Positions 11,839-26,130 are shown, numbered from the stretch's first letter. The stretch: 48,970 nucleotides of DNA from Jimgerdemannia flammicorona (GCA_003990765.1 RBNJ01000034.1:1-48970), one strand, 5' to 3'. Made by a program: numbers and translations. The notes: generated by a model from the letters alone, not told the origin.

Positions 11839-13246
11839 TGTGACAAACCAAGACATACTATCCAAATTATACCTTAGCCAGATGACACAAACAATTAGTC
11901 AGATGACATAAATATACAGCATAGTAACCAGTAACTATTGCTACAGAAACTATATAAATAGCCAGACTACCAGATAAGATATATCTGTACAGGACCTACA
12001 CACCTGTTCCAGACCTGTATACTTGTGCTGGACCTGTATAACTTACTATAAGTAGCAAATCTATAGTTAGCCACATATTAACCAGATAGTAACCAACCTG
12101 TATAAATTACTCTAGAGACAAGAGTGAATAAACCTCAGTCTGAAATACAAATACCAAAGAAGTCTCTAAAGATTGAGCATTGGTCTCCTTTCTACTCTGG
12201 TCCACTTTCTGATACAAAGCCTGAAGATTTTGCCACCAAGTTCAAGTAAAGAACTTTGCTGTCTTTGGAATTATTGGTACTCTTGCCAGACTAAGTCTGA
12301 AGAATCCAAGTTTGCCACCAAGTTCAAGAAAGAACTTCACTGCCATTTCTAAATTATCTGCTGCATTCCCAGAGAGCCTGCCTTTCTTGCCACAAGTCAG
12401 TCTCTTGATACAACTTTGTAGTGATCTGTTCATACAAATGAAGCCAGTCTAGACATAACTTATCAAGAACCCAAGTTATTTTTCAGTTGAAGCTACCATT
12501 TCAAGAAGTCTGCCAATTCAGAAGAATTCATATCATCTGCTATTTTTAAGTTATCCACATTCTCAGAAGACCTGTACTACCAAAGTATTATTCCTAGAAG
12601 AGCCTGATCTATGTCATCTGAAGTTATCATACTATCTAAGCTATTTATTATTCCCAGTAAGCCCAAGTTATCAAGTAATCTGCTGCCAGTATAATTCCCA
12701 GTAAGCTACTATTTCAGTAAATCTACACCAAATTAAGTTATCTGCCAAATTATCAGAATGTCCCATATAAGAAACCTGCCACACTATATAGTGATTGTCA
12801 CACAGAAATCACATAAGAAGAACCACTAAATTGCCAGACTGTCATGCACAAGGAGATTGTCATGCTACATAGAAATTGCCCACTATCCAAGAAGGAGAAC
12901 AGCTAAACTGCCAGACCATCATATATAAGATCATCATACTATACAAGAAATCATTACTTAGAAATTACATACTTTTGGAGATCACACTATATATGAATTT
13001 CTACCAATTCCCAGTTGACCCAAGAAGGAAATCCATTCATATATAAATTGCTGCTACACCCAGAGAACCATCTCAATAAGAAAATCACTTGCAGATATCC
13101 AGCTTTGACTATTATACCACTAATCACCAAGGACCTCAGGAATCTTAAAATATTTTATTACTTTTGACAAAGTAACTGAAGGCTCAAGCCAAACTACATC
13201 AACCCCCAACCTTGTAATTTGCCTTCATTGAGCCAGGCACATTACA
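11839..13246 (+). repeat. G2 5' LTR (1408 bp)
   Basis: TGTGACAAACCAAGAC...GCACATTACA, direct repeat of 26678-28095. TATA-like at 11951 and 12099, AATAAA at 12127. Confidence 0.93.
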
Positions 13247-13248
13247 TT

Positions 13249-13266
13249 TGAGAGCTCAACTGGGAA
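13249..13266 (+). promoter_or_regulatory. G2 primer-binding site, tRNA-Pro-like
   Basis: TGAGAGCTCAACTGGGAA, 2 nt after the LTR, versus the canonical Pro PBS TGGGGGCTCGTCCGGGAT; most differences are G-to-A or C-to-T. Confidence 0.7.
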
Positions 13267-13802
13267 GATTTCAAATTGATGTAACTTTTTAGCCCACAAG
13301 AACCCATAGTCAAACTGGATATATTTGATACAACACCAACCTCTGTCACTATAGGAGAACTAGTTATTACCAGCATCTGGACAGGAAGAGAAGTAATCAC
13401 ATCAAGACTTATCAACTATCCAGTATCAGAAAGTCCCAATCAGAACCAGAAGGCAGTATAGCTTGAAATCCCCAACCAGATCAACCAGACAACACAGGTG
13501 GCCCTGTTGGAGATTTTGAAGAACTTATACAAGAACTAGAAGATCTTATTACATAAGCCCAAGATCTTATAGCCAGACAGCCCATACTAGTCCCATCAAT
13601 CTCATCAATAGAACTCTTACCACAACCTCTTGCAGAATTGAAAGTAGCTTCTACAAGAATATCTAGACTCATTCCATTTTGTCTAAGACCCAGAACACCA
13701 TCCTCAAGATACCCAAGCACTACTATCTCCAGTGATAGCTCAGAAAGTGAATCAGAATCAGAATCTGAACCAGAACCAGAATTAGAAGAAAGTGATGATA
13801 AA

Positions 13803-14900
13803 ATGGCCACCTCATTGCCAATCTTTGTGGAATATCCAGAGGAAGACCCCAGAGAATTCCTCAATGGAATCAAAGGAATTGTAGCCCTGAGAAATCTCTC
13901 AGATGAAAGAAAAATTGCCATCTACAAGGCCTAGCTCAGAGAACCAGCCAGAGTAATTTTGCATTAAACAGCAGATAATCCAGATTCAGAACTGGCAAGA
14001 CAGATATAAGCAGCAATGTCTTATGAGCTAGAATATGTGGCCATGGTCCACTGGCTCATTGAAAAGTATGCAGGAAAGGAAACCCACTACAAGGCTCAGG
14101 AATCCATTATGGGGATGAAGATGAATCTTAGAGAATTGCTGAGAGTATTCTTCACAAGAATTCAGAAGAGAATGTATGCTGCTGGGTTCAATGCCACCAA
14201 TTAGGACATCATAGGTCCAATGATCTTCATGAATGGAATCCTACCAAATATTGCCCAGCATGTCTGCACTCTAGGCATTAGAAGGTCTAAAGAGCAAGTA
14301 GATGTGGTCTAAGGATTCTTTGATGTCAGACAAGCAACTACCTGGAGTAATCATGATAAGAAAGAAGATAAAGACATCCTGGTCAAAGCCCTACAAGAAC
14401 TCCTTCAAGGATAAGAAAGATCCAAAGAAAGAAGGTCAGCCAAGGAAGAAAAGAAGGACAGAAGTGAAATCCAAGACCTCAGCTCCAAGTTGGACCAATT
14501 GGTTGGATAGATTGAAAAACTCACCATATGCGAAAATCAGAGCTACCAAGATAACAGAGAATACCCACCACAGAGGAGCCAAGGTTATCCACCAAGAGAT
14601 AACAAGAATAATCAGCAAAAAAAAAGAAGATATTCTGTCTGAGACAGAGCTCAAGTCCAATGCTTCCACTGCAGACAATTTAGACACTATGCCACTGAAT
14701 GTGACAATAAAAGAAGTGACTGAAGGGACTCAGAACCACCAAACCAAAGGAATGACACTCAGTACAGGAAGACCAAAGTCCATCCTATTGAAGATTTCGA
14801 GAAAGCAAGCAATAGCAAAGACTACAGTGATCTAGACTTATATCCTATCAAGATTACTACTCAGAAAACAGTCTACCCAGCAGAGAAAAGGAAGAGACCT
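13803..14900 (+). pseudogene. G2 gag with CCHC zinc knuckle
   Basis: MATSLPIFVEYPEEDPREFL (retrotransposon gag N-terminus) and CFHCRQFRHYATEC at ~14661-14702. The end is approximate. Confidence 0.85.
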
Positions 14901-16974
14901 ATAGAAAGGCCATCTAGAAATATCAGCAAAAGAATCATCCAAGAAGAAGACAAAGAACATGAGGAGGAACAAGTAGAAATACCTCCCCAGACTCCTTCAC
15001 CTTTTGTCTCTAAGACAAATGAGCTACTCTAAAAGATGAAGAAATGGAATAAGAGGAATGGGAACCTGCTGCTTCAAAGCCCAAGAAGATGTACACCCTG
15101 AAGACCATATCTAGAGATATCTACAATGAAGCCTGGCAGAAGATTCAAGAGGCCAAGATAGAAGTCCCTCTCTTGCAGTTCCTACAACTAATACTAGCTA
15201 GAGTTTGAAACAAATTATTGAGAACAACCAGGTCCAGCACTGGCCAAGTTCCAATCCCACAGCAAGAATTAGTTTCCATCTCTGTCCAAGTAGCTGAAAG
15301 ATATGTCAGTATCTACTTACATGGAGATATTTGAGGACAAAAAGTAAAAATTCTCATAGACACCAGAGCAGCTGTCTGTATCATTGCCAAATGATTCTTG
15401 GACACCCTCCAATGGCCCATTGATGGACCATCCAATCTTAGTATCATAGTAGCAGATGGAGCCTGAACTCAACCCCTTGGAGAAGTATGAAATATTACTA
15501 TCTCCCTTGGATACATTCAGTTCTCTATCCCCAAAGCTGTTGTCACTAAAGCTGTCACCTATGATACGATTCTTGGCACCAACTAGATGAAGAAAATGAA
15601 TATAGTTGTTGATATTGGTCAACAAGTACTCAAGTTCGACTACCAAGGCAAGAAGTACAGAGTTAAGGTAACCAGCTATGAGCAATTGAAGAAGAAGAAG
15701 ATGGTCACTATTCAGGAAGAATATACCAGCAGTGAGGAGTCTACCATAGAGGAGGAAGAAGAATCTGAAGATGGAAATGATCCCAGACTCAACCCCTGAA
15801 TTAACCTAGTGGATAATAGACCAGAAGACAATGTATGGGCCAAGAACACTGTCCCCATTACCATCAGAGCTATTGTAGGAGAAATCAAAAGATGTCCTAC
15901 CTCCCTCAAGAGATACAAGTGTTCTGAGCATTCCTCCAAGATCATGGGAACCAGAAAATCGCCTGGCACAGCCTGCCCAGAGTGCAGAAAGAAGAAGAAG
16001 AAATGCAGACATATTCCAGAAACACCTGCAGCTGAAGCTGCAGAAGTATGTATAAGCAATTTGGGGCCAAGAATCATCTGAGGAAGAAGAAATTGCTGAC
16101 TAAGAAGTTCCTGAACAAGAAGTACCTGAAGAGGAATAAGTCCCCAAACTTATTCTCTAGGATGACTCTTGCTAGACACCACCTGAAGATAATGACCCTT
16201 GGAATATGGAAGAAGGACCCAGTATAATTACCATTATCTCCAAGAAAGAAACCCACCAATAAAAGGCTTTTCAGCTAGGAAGATATCCACACCAAATGGT
16301 CTTCCACTCTCCCCAAGACTACTGCTATCAGTGCCATCTACTAGACTAACAGGAGAGACAGAGACCCCAGAGACCAGAACCTCCAAATATAGTTACACAG
16401 TCAACTATCTTCCAAGAAGTTACCATCAAATTGCAAAGCCAATTCAAAGGACAAGACCTCTTCACTCAGACAGAAGTATACCCCTTGTCTACTCTTCCAC
16501 CAACTTATGACCAAGATGGATACTGATTCCCAAGACAACAAGAAATCAACAACCAAGAACATCATTTCCAAGCAATGGGATATTACAACTATGGAAGACA
16601 CTCTGGCTGCCAAGACTGCAGACATCAGAAGATTCACCTCAGTCATGATGTAATCCATACTTTGAAAAGAGGAGACAACAGAGACCAGATCCAAAAGAGC
16701 CAGACCAAGAAGTCAGGGAGAAGAATCCTCAAGATCTGTGATTTGGGAGAAGACATCCTAGCTCTCATCAGACATACAACCTGCCAAGGATGGATACAAG
16801 ATACCACCAACTTCATGGAAGCCCTAGACCCTATAGGAAGAAGAGGAATCAACTATCTCTGAGACCCCTCTACTGGAGCTAGATGGCCACACCTCAACCT
16901 TAAAGCTTGGAGGCTCTCTGCTAGTGGAGCCTCAGCCTCAGGTTAGCCCAAACTCAGCAAGGATATTTCCCAGT

Positions 16975-17375
16975 ATGCTCTGCTGCATCCCAAGGCTAAA
17001 CCTCTGACCAAAGCACATCCAGAAGATATAGAATATGATCTCCACAGTCTGGAGGATGAATCTATTAAGCCTGGGAAAACATTTATAATCAGAACTAGAC
17101 TAGCAATACAGCTACCTCAGGGAGCTTACATCTAATTGACCTCAAGGTCTGGACTTGCCAGACAAGGAATAACTATAGAAGGAGGAACTATTGACCCAGG
17201 ATATACAGGCGAAATCAAGGTCATTCTACACAACAGTAGTACAGAATGGTACCAAATTATTAGAGGACAGAAGATTGCCCAAGCAGTCTTCATGAAGGTC
17301 AGGACCCTGCAATTATAGGAAGTATCTGAACTGACTAAAGAAACAAGACAAGCCCAAGAATTTGGAAGTTCAGAC
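16975..17375 (+). pseudogene. dUTPase domain of G2
   Basis: EYDL, SRSGLA, GGTIDPGYTGEI, GQKIAQ and RQAQEFGSS correspond to motifs I-V. Confidence 0.93.
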
Positions 17376-19763
17376 AAGAAGGAAGTATACCTTCTTCAAG
17401 TCAACCATCTCAAGAGGAATGTTTTCCAACAAGTATACTGGCAACCAGTCAGACCATATAAGAATCTTATCCTGGAGCCCAGAGAACAAACTACCTTTGA
17501 AATCTTTGCACTACCCGACCCCAGGAACCTTTTCTTTGAACTTGAGGAAGATATCCCACACCTGGACATAGAGGGACACACATTCTCTGACAAGATGAAT
17601 CCAGTACACTCCTGGGCAACCAACCAAAGTTGGGAGACCATCATCTTGCTGAAAGGAACCATTATAGAACATCTGGTGCCTTTTTTCAACTGAACTCATA
17701 GAGAAGTTTATGAACTAAACCTATCAGGAAATGGCAAAAGATCTCAGAAAAAAGGAAAGGCCCCTCTGTGACCCAGAAGACAGTGAAGCCTTCCACCAAT
17801 ATTGGAGAAGAATTGACATCCCAACAATAGTAACAACTAGTAGAACTTCTCAACAAATATCAAGATATCTTCACCACCAATTATGGCAACCTGTCATACA
17901 ACCCATCATATCACTATAGTATAAATATAGGAAATATAACACCTATCTGGCAGAAACCCTATAGAATACCCCATTACTTGAAAACATTCGAAAAAGAGCA
18001 CATTCAAGAACTCTTAGTCAATGGAGTCATCTGACCCTCTACCAGCCCCTGGGCCAGCCCTATACTTATTATACCAAAGAAAGGAGGATGGAGACTTTGC
18101 ATAGATTACAGAAAACTCAATTCAGTTACTGAAAAGGATGTCTATCCTTTGCCCAGAATTGATGACCTTTTGGATTAGTTATAAGATGCCAGATACTTCA
18201 GCAGTATGGATCTTTTCACAGGATTTTACAAGATCCCAATAGACCTCAAGAATATTCAAAAGACAGCCTTCCTTGCTCTAGGAAAACTGTTCAAATACCT
18301 ATGAATGCCCTTTGGACTTTACAATACACCCCCTATCTTTTAGAGGATAATGAACTCAGTCTACACCCCCTTGATCCACCACTGCCTGATTGTATATATG
18401 GATGATTCCAACATCTATTCAACAAATTTTGAAGAACACCTGCACCACCTAGAGGAATTCAAGCTCACCTGTGAAAACCACTTGAGACTGAATGCAAAGA
18501 AATGCTACTTTGGGTAACAGAAACTTGAATTCCTTGGATTTATAGTTTTGAAAGAAGGAATCCATACAGACCTAAAGAAAACTGAAAAGATCAACAATTG
18601 GCCAGTATCCAAGACCCTGAAGGAAACACTATCATTCCTGATGCTAGTATCCTATTACAGAAGGTTTATCAAGGATTTCACTCAAATTACCACCCCAATC
18701 TGAATTCTTCTCAAGAAAGAAGTATTATTCAAATAGACAGAATCCCAAGAAAAAGCCTTTGGGGAACTCAAGAACCACATGACTACAGCACCAATCCTTG
18801 TATGCCCCAATCTACAAAAGCCATTCATCTTATATACAGATACTTCCAAAGATGGCCTGGGAGCAGTTCTAGCCCAAGAAGGATCTGACCAATAATACCA
18901 TATGATAGCTTATACAAGCTGAGCTACCAATCAGCAGTAGATGAACTATAGTAGCACCAAACTAAAATGTCTTGCAGTTATATTAGTAGCCACCCTGTTC
19001 AAGCATTACCTCATTGGAAAAGGTTCACCCATATCATAGACCATGCAGCCCTCAAATGACTATTCAATCACAAGGAACCCACTGGAATCCTAGCCCACTA
19101 GATTCTTATCCTTCAGAATTACAAAATTACCATCATCTACAAAGCAGGAAAAGCTCACAACAATGTTGATATACTTTTCCACCAACTCCAATAAACCAAA
19201 AGATGGGTGTCCAAAGGGACTACACTCTAAAGGAAGCTTCTCAGACCATAAAGGCACAAGAAGATCTCATTCAAAAAGAGTATCAGAAAGCTTACCAGAG
19301 ACAGGTGAATACAGAAGAGAAGCTGTGAACAATACACCAATATTGGCCCAACCTCAGAATAAAAGTCCAGGACATATTCAAGAAATGTGACACCTGCCAA
19401 AAGTACCAAGGAAGGAAGAACTATCAAGCACCATTACAACCAATTGCACCACCAGACAACATCTTTCAGAGATGGGGAATAGACATAATTAGATCTCTAC
19501 TAGTTACATCAAGAAGAAACAAATACATCCTTATATTTGTGAAATATCTGACCAAGTGGTCTGAGACTTTCCCAATAGAAATCACAGATGCCTTAACCAT
19601 TGTAGGCCTTCTCCATAGACTTATACTCAGATATAGACCCCCAGATGAACTCATCTCTGACTAAGGCATAGAATTCATCAATAACATAATTATAAGTTAT
19701 ATCTAAATTCACAAGATCTATCTCAAATGAACTATATCATACCACTCTCAGACCAATGGTATG

Positions 19764-19778
19764 ATAGAAAGAATGAAC
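19764..19778 (+). repeat. Target-site duplication of LINE-B, left copy (right copy 25632-25646)
   Basis: ATAGAAAGAATGAAC on both sides; removing the insert restores integrase NGMIERMN-QTIKKEL. Confidence 0.93.
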
Positions 19779-19899
19779 ATCTTTCTCCAGTACCATTCAG
19801 GTTACACAACCTTTGGAAGGCACTTACAACATCGTTTTTGGAGAAAAGAGACTAATAACATAGTGACCAACAGACAATCTGAGGTGTGTACTGAGCAGG

Positions 19900-21875
19900 G
19901 TGGCCCAAGCACTTTCGAATGGCAGCAGGTGGGGAGGGCCCCAGGCCTGGGGGGGGGCATGAGGGGGCTGCTGGTGGGAGGACATAGAAGAGGTGGGGGT
20001 ATTAGTGGCAGATAAGGGTCTGGGAGAGCGAGCTTTGTAGAGATGGTGAAGGGGAGGCAGCAGGCATCAGGGCTGGAGGGCTGGCTGAGGAGGGGCAAGG
20101 AGACTGAGAAGGTGGCAGTGTATGGGGGAGTAGCCCTTGGAGAGGGGGACAGTAGAGCTGGGGGAGTAGTGGCTGGGGGGAGTGTGACTACTGATGGTGA
20201 TGGGACTGCTAATCTGGAAAAAAATCCAGATGTGACAGCTGTTGGCAAGGCTGAGTGGCTGAGGCTTGGAAGACAAGAGAATTTGGTGGATGGTGTGACA
20301 GGCCTGGTGGTGGCCCTGTTACTCAAAAAATCAATCTTGGCATTCACAGTTACACTGTACTTCTGGGGCTTAGTGGTGATGGTGAAAATGGTACTGGGGC
20401 TTATCGCTAAGCAGGTGGCAGGAGTTATGTCAGTAAAGTTTTTGAAGGGACTGGAGGGTGTGGAAGTGGGTTTTGAGGAGGCTGAGCTGCTGAAGGAGGC
20501 ATTAAAGGTTGGGTTGGTAGTTGGGGAGGTGTGTGTTCCAATAGCAAGATATCTGAAATGGGATCCGAGGGTGGTCCAACTGCTGGTGAAAGGAGTGCCC
20601 ACAGTGACAATGATGGAGATGAGAAAGAGAGTTGAGGATATCATGACAGAGTATGGAGAAGTGGTGGATATTGGATTCAGGGTCTGAGAAGGGACCTCTC
20701 TCAGGACTGGGGACATGGATGTGAGGATTTGGCTGGTAGGGAAAGAAGCTACTGAGAAGGCAAGGAACTGGCCTTTGGTGATGATCTGGGGAGTAATCTT
20801 ATGCAAGATGATGAGGGTGAAAGGAAGTGAAGAGGAGGAAGAGGATTTATTGAAAGCACTGGAAGAATTGGATGGTGCTATGGAGCAGTGAGCAAAGGCT
20901 TAGAAGGCTTTCATAGAGTTGATGCACCTGGAGGTGGTGGATGGAAAGAGGATTCGAGTGGACAAGGTGCAGTGGGAAAGGGCTCAGGGGCATAAGAGAC
21001 AGAAGGATCTGCTGGCTAAACTGAGGAACCGACCACAGGAGGATGTGAGCAAGATGATGGGTGTGGAAGGGGCCAAAGCAACTGGTGAGAGGAGTGGGAA
21101 TGCTGGGGAGGAGACAGGGAAGGTAAAGGAGGTAAAGATTATTGACCCATATGCTGATGGCACCTTGGAGGTTTGGGATGAGGTCTGGGAGGATTCCCCC
21201 ACTCCTTCTCCTCTTATCAGGTGAGGCCTGGCTTCCAGAAATAAGATGGTGGAGGACATGACAATACTGGAGACCCATCAGGTGAAATTCGGTGTTCCAG
21301 AGGTGATGGATGGGGGACATGTGGTGGCAGCTAGGGAGGAGGAACTGGTGGATATCCTGGAGGTGTGGGATGAGGCTGCGAGTGCTGGAGCTGACACCAC
21401 AATGCTGGATGGAGGGAGGCCAGCGACCCCTGGAGGGAAGGAGGTGGGGAACCTACTTTGGATATGTAGGATGATGAATAATCTGGCAGCAGAAGAGTTG
21501 GGAGAGATGGACTTGCAAGTGATGGGTGATGAGCACTGGGTGCAGATTTTGCAGAGGGATGGAGTGATGATGGCACTGAAGGGGGAAATTCTCACAGTGT
21601 ATCTGGAGGAGGAAGGGTATGAGGTGGACAAGGAGTGGGAGGTAGAGATGGTGGTTGTCACTGAGGAGAGGGCTGAGTACTGTTGGAACAAGCAGTATGG
21701 ATTGCAGCTTTGGCAAGAGGCTTGCATTGAGTATCGGGAGGAGTTTGAGGAGAAGGCAGATGGGGAGATAAATGAGCTATTGGCTGGATTGGAGGCTCAG
21801 AGGGCTGAAGAGGAGGAGGTGATGGCAGAACATAATCTGGACATGGCACAAGAGAAGAGGAGCATAGAGCAGTAG
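19900..21875 (+). pseudogene. LINE-B ORF1
   Basis: ORF pieces 20043-20687, 20919-21224 and 21246-21875 lie in one frame separated by single stops; homologous to LINE-A ORF1. The start is approximate. Confidence 0.82.
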
Positions 21876-21904
21876 AGATCGACTGATAACAAATTGTATT
21901 CATT

Positions 21905-24900
21905 ATGAATAGTACAATCAACATTTTTTCTTTGAACATGAATGGGCTATGGGGTGATGTTAGATGTAGGAACATTTTTATTTGACTGAAGGAATTGGAG
22001 GCCAATATCTTCCTCTTGCAGGATGTCAGGTGTGAGGATGACTTTGATAAGATGGAATGGACAAAGGAATGGAGTGGCATGGTGATTTGGAATGGCAAGG
22101 TCAGGATTCTGGTTCAGAAAGGCAGAGGGGAGATAAGATGTGAGGAGCTGGGGGGAGAGGCTGGTCTGGGGTGAATGGATTCATGCAGGCTGAGAGCCAG
22201 TTACAGTTGGCTCCTGTTACTGCCCTGTCATAAGGGGGGAGCATGTAGATTGGGTGAAGGGTCTCCAGAAGAGTGGGATCCTAGCAGAGGCTGGAGTGGA
22301 TATGCTTGGGGGAGATTTCAATATGGTTCAGGATATACAGATGGATAGAACTAATGGAGGATGGGGTGCTGAGAGCAGGAGTGGGGGGCTGGTGATGTGG
22401 GAGGAAGTCAAAAGACTAGGAGTACTGATAGATGCTGGTAGGGAGTATTGGGGGGATAGGAGGGTATATGCATTGGGCTGAAGGCCTGGGGACAAGGATC
22501 GACTGGGTTCTGACAGCCAACTATTGGGGCCATGATGTTTGGAAGTCGATGGAGGTGGAATGGTGTCCATGGTTGGATCACTGGGGCCTTTTGGGACAGG
22601 AGTGCTTTGGGGAAAGTGAGGATGGGTCTGGACATTGGTGTCTAAATTCCTCCTTGTTAGATGATGAGTCCTGGTGGGAGGAGTGGGCTAAAGACATTCA
22701 GCTGAGGGTGGAGAACTGGTGGCAGGAAGGTGCCTTGATTGGGGTTCAGTAGATGAGGATGAAAGAGCTGGCCAGGATGTACTGGAGCAAGGCTGGCAAG
22801 GTGGCAGGGAAGCAGTGACAGCAGAGAGTGCACTGGGCTTCTACTAGATTGGCTAGGCTTCTGGAGAAGTGGGCGAGACTAGCAATGGTGGAGGGAGAAG
22901 AAGATTAGAGAGTAATGAGGGCTAAGATGGAGGTTGGGGAACTATAACAGGTGCTGCAGGAAGAGGAAGAGGCAAGGGTGCAGAGCTTGGTGGCAAGGCT
23001 TCGTTGGCAGGGGCTGGAGGAAGGGAGAGGCCTTCCAAGTTTCTCATGAGGACCCTTAGGGTGAGAAGGGTACAGCAATGGTGGGAAGGGATACTTGACT
23101 CAGATGGTGTACTAGTGCATGGTGTGCAGGATATTCTTAGATCATTGAAGGAGCAATGGAGTGGATTGTAGAGTGAGGAGGAGGGGGGGGCAGATGCTAC
23201 TGCTATTGAATAAATATTGGGGGATTGGCACCCACCACAAGTTGCAGGACTAGGTGACCTAGTGATGCCTGTAAAGGAGGATGAATCCACCAGATTCTTG
23301 CCATGACAGCCTCAGGTACAGCACCTGGGGAGGATGGCCTACTCTGGGACTTCTGGAAGTGAATGGTTGGAGTCCCAGGTGTGATGGGAGAGGTGATGGC
23401 ATTGTGTAACTCTATATTACAGACAGGGAGATGGGTGGGGGAGCAGAATCTGGAGCTGGTGATACTGCTTTACAAGAACAAAGGAAGGTGAGAGGATTGG
23501 AAGAACTGGCAGCTGATAATGTTGCTAGATATGGACAGAAAGTTGGTGACTAAGGTGGTGGTTGCAAGACTACAGAAGATAGCCCAGCAAGTTATAGGGG
23601 TTGAGCAGAGGGAATTTGTGGGTGGTCGGCTCATTAGAGATGGCACAGCCTGGGTACATGGAGTTATTGAAGGGGCTAGAGCCTGTGGACTGGATGGATG
23701 ACTAGTCTTCTTGGACCAGGAGAAGGCTTATGACCAGGTGCAATGAGTCTGGCTGGCAAAAGTATTGGATAGAATGGGGGTTCTGATCCAATTTTAGTCA
23801 GCAATGATCAGCCTACTGGAAGGGAGTAGGGCTGCACTCATGTGTAATGGGCATAGAGGGGTAGCATTCCCTCTGGGTAGGGGGGTGCCCCAGGGGGACC
23901 CACTGTCCCCCATCTTGTATGCTCTTTCCCTGGAACCCCTAATGGACAGAATTAGGTGGAGGATAGTGGGACTCTCTATCTATAGCATTGGGTAGAAAGT
24001 TGGGGCCTTTGCAGATGACATGGTGGTTGGTTTGGGATTGATTACTGATGTCAAGGAGCTCAAGAAGACAGTGGAGTGGTATGAGGAGAACTCTGGGGTG
24101 AAGCTGAATTGGTACAAGTGTGAAACAATGGTACTAGGCAACAGCCTGGTGGGAGGAGACATTATAGGAATAATTGTCCCCACCAGTGAGATAGTGCAGT
24201 ACTTGGGCATCTATTTGTCAGTCTATGGGTCAGTTCTGCCCAGGCTTTGGTGGGAGCAGTGAATTGGAATTTGGGAGGAGGACCTGCAGGATTGGGGGGG
24301 AAGACACTTTTCTCTGGCAGGACTGGTCTCAATTTTGAATGTATATTGGCTGCTGAAGCTGTGGTATTTGGCTTATCATCTGGACTTCCTGGTCTGGGTG
24401 GTGAAGAGATTGGTGAAGGTGGCCAAGGGATGGATTTGGGCTGGCAGATGGGGCCAGATTGGTTGGGAGACCTTGTCTCTACTGGTGGTAAGAGGTGGTC
24501 TTGGGCTGGTGGACTTTCCCAAACAACTATACTACTTGAGAGCATGGTGGCTTAAGAGGGCAGTGGAGTTGCAAGGAGGGGGTTGGGTTCTCCTGCTACA
24601 GAAGGTCTGGGAGAGGCAGTCATTACTGAGAGACTCAACTGGTGATCTTCTCTCATTGGTTGGACTTCAGAATACTGCACAATTATGATATAGAGGTTTC
24701 TGGTGGGGGATAGTAGAGGGGGCACACTGTATTGGTATTTGCTAGTAGAGGAATGAGGGGGAGGAGGCTTGGGACCTGGCAATGTGGAGATGGGATGGTG
24801 TATTGCTGGGTGGCATGCCTTTACTTGAGTTCGATATTGGTGATGGAATAAAATGCCAGAGGGGACCAGGCCAGGATCTGTGGCCTAGTGATTGGTAAGG

Positions 24901-25555
24901 AGTTGGAATTGGAGAAGAGTGGGACTGGTATGGTGTTTGGATCTGGAGTGCCACAGTATGAAAATGGATGCCACCGAAGTACTGGGTGGTCTGGTGATGC
25001 ATGCTGAGGAGGAATGTAATGCTCAACTTCTGCTCAGGGTACCTTATCATAGAGGGTTGTTTTGACTATAAGGAGTGCCACAATGTAGGGCAAGAAGGGG
25101 GCTTTGTACAGATACCAGAACATTGACTAGGAGAATGCGAGGTATTGGGAGACTTTTGGCAGGTCATTGGGAACCACTTGGGGGTGAGGCATAAGAGAGA
25201 TGAAGTTCGGGGGAGGTGGGAGGATTTGAGGGATTGATCGGTAGGAGGGATAGGAAAGGAGTGGATTACCATAGATTGGGTATTGGCTATTTGGGTTGGG
25301 CTGGCTGGTCACTGGCTATTTGTTTTTGAGAATAGGAGGTGATAGAGTTTGGGGAGCTGGTTGTCATGGTGACAGAGACTTATGGAAGACACCTTGATAG
25401 GCTGGTGGCTTGGTTGGGGGCTGCAGGGGGGTTGGAGGTGCTGCTTGGTGGAGAAAATCTGTAGACAGAGCAGTGGGAGAGTTGGAGTCATTGGTGAGAG
25501 GGTGATCTTTATTTATGAAGGAGTGGGGAGGGGCTCCCCCATGGGGATCAGATAG
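21905..25555 (+). pseudogene. LINE-B ORF2 (APE-RT)
   Basis: IFSLNMNGL, GGDFN, RIDW, LDH; LDQEKAYD, GVPQGDPLSPILY, AFADDM, QYLG, GGLGLVD; C-terminal EH*LGEC. Confidence 0.94.
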
Positions 25556-25646
25556 TAGGTAGTGATATTGTATACTTATTCATAGACTGGTAATAAAGAT
25601 GGAGTCCAAGTGACTATAAAAAAAAAAAAAAATAGAAAGAATGAAC

Positions 25647-26130
25647 CAGACTATCAAGAAAGAACTTGCCTGAGTTGATTCTACTAATTGAGACCTCTGC
25701 TTACCTGAGATTCTATGGGAAGTTCAGAACACCCCTGCTGCCTCCACCAAATAAAAGCCATTCAAAATGATATTTGTTAAGAAAACCAGAACTGCTGACC
25801 ATGAGAATCTTGGAGACCTCCTCAAGAAGGCAGAACAGTTACATAATCAGGCCTGAGGTTAGATTATCAAAGTCCAAGAAAGACAAAAGAAGTATTATGA
25901 CCAGAAATAGAAGGATCAGAAGATCAAGATTGGAGATCAAGTAATAGTTTGGAGAAGCATAATTGAAATAAATTTTGCCACCAAACTGGAACTTAAATGA
26001 GAAGGACTTTATCTTATATACAATATCAGAGAAACCAGTATCTATTTAAGAAGCATGGATGGATGAACCCTCAGGACACCAGTACACATCAATTGCCTCA
26101 AGATATACCTTTCCCCACATCATGAATCAG
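25647..26130 (+). pseudogene. G2 integrase C-terminal part
   Basis: QTIKKELA...IGDQVIVWRS...KLELK*EGLYLI...VHINCLKIY is a GPY/F module; no chromodomain. Confidence 0.85.

Larger units (their letters stand above)
15300..19778 (+). pseudogene. G2 pol (protease, long insert, dUTPase, RT, RNase H, integrase N-terminal part)
   Basis: ILIDTRAAV (~15350-15378); [26 protein letters not shown] and VYMDD (~18390); FILYTDTSKDGLGAVLAQ; integrase WGIDIIRSL...SD*GIEF...YHSQTNGMIERMN. Confidence 0.93.
19779..25632 (+). mobile_element. LINE-B: full-length L1/Tx1-type element, same family as LINE-A
   Basis: Shares the 5' end (CTTTCwCCAGTAmCATTCAGGT) and 3' end (AATAAAG...AGTCCAAGTGACTAT-polyA) with LINE-A; 15-bp TSD. 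Confidence 0.95.

Noticed and set aside
20210-20232. Conserved TCTGGA-A6-TCCAGA hairpin or slippery site in LINE ORF1 (also ~5137-5154)
   Set aside because: Explained by the conserved LEKNPD codons; the frame continues without a shift and the motif is not seen in LINE-C.
19802-20806. 334-aa minus-strand ORF (also 5043-5675 and many S/P/L-rich antisense ORFs)
   Set aside because: These are shadows of G-rich LINE ORF1/ORF2: the C-rich antisense strand has few stops, and no domain is recognisable.
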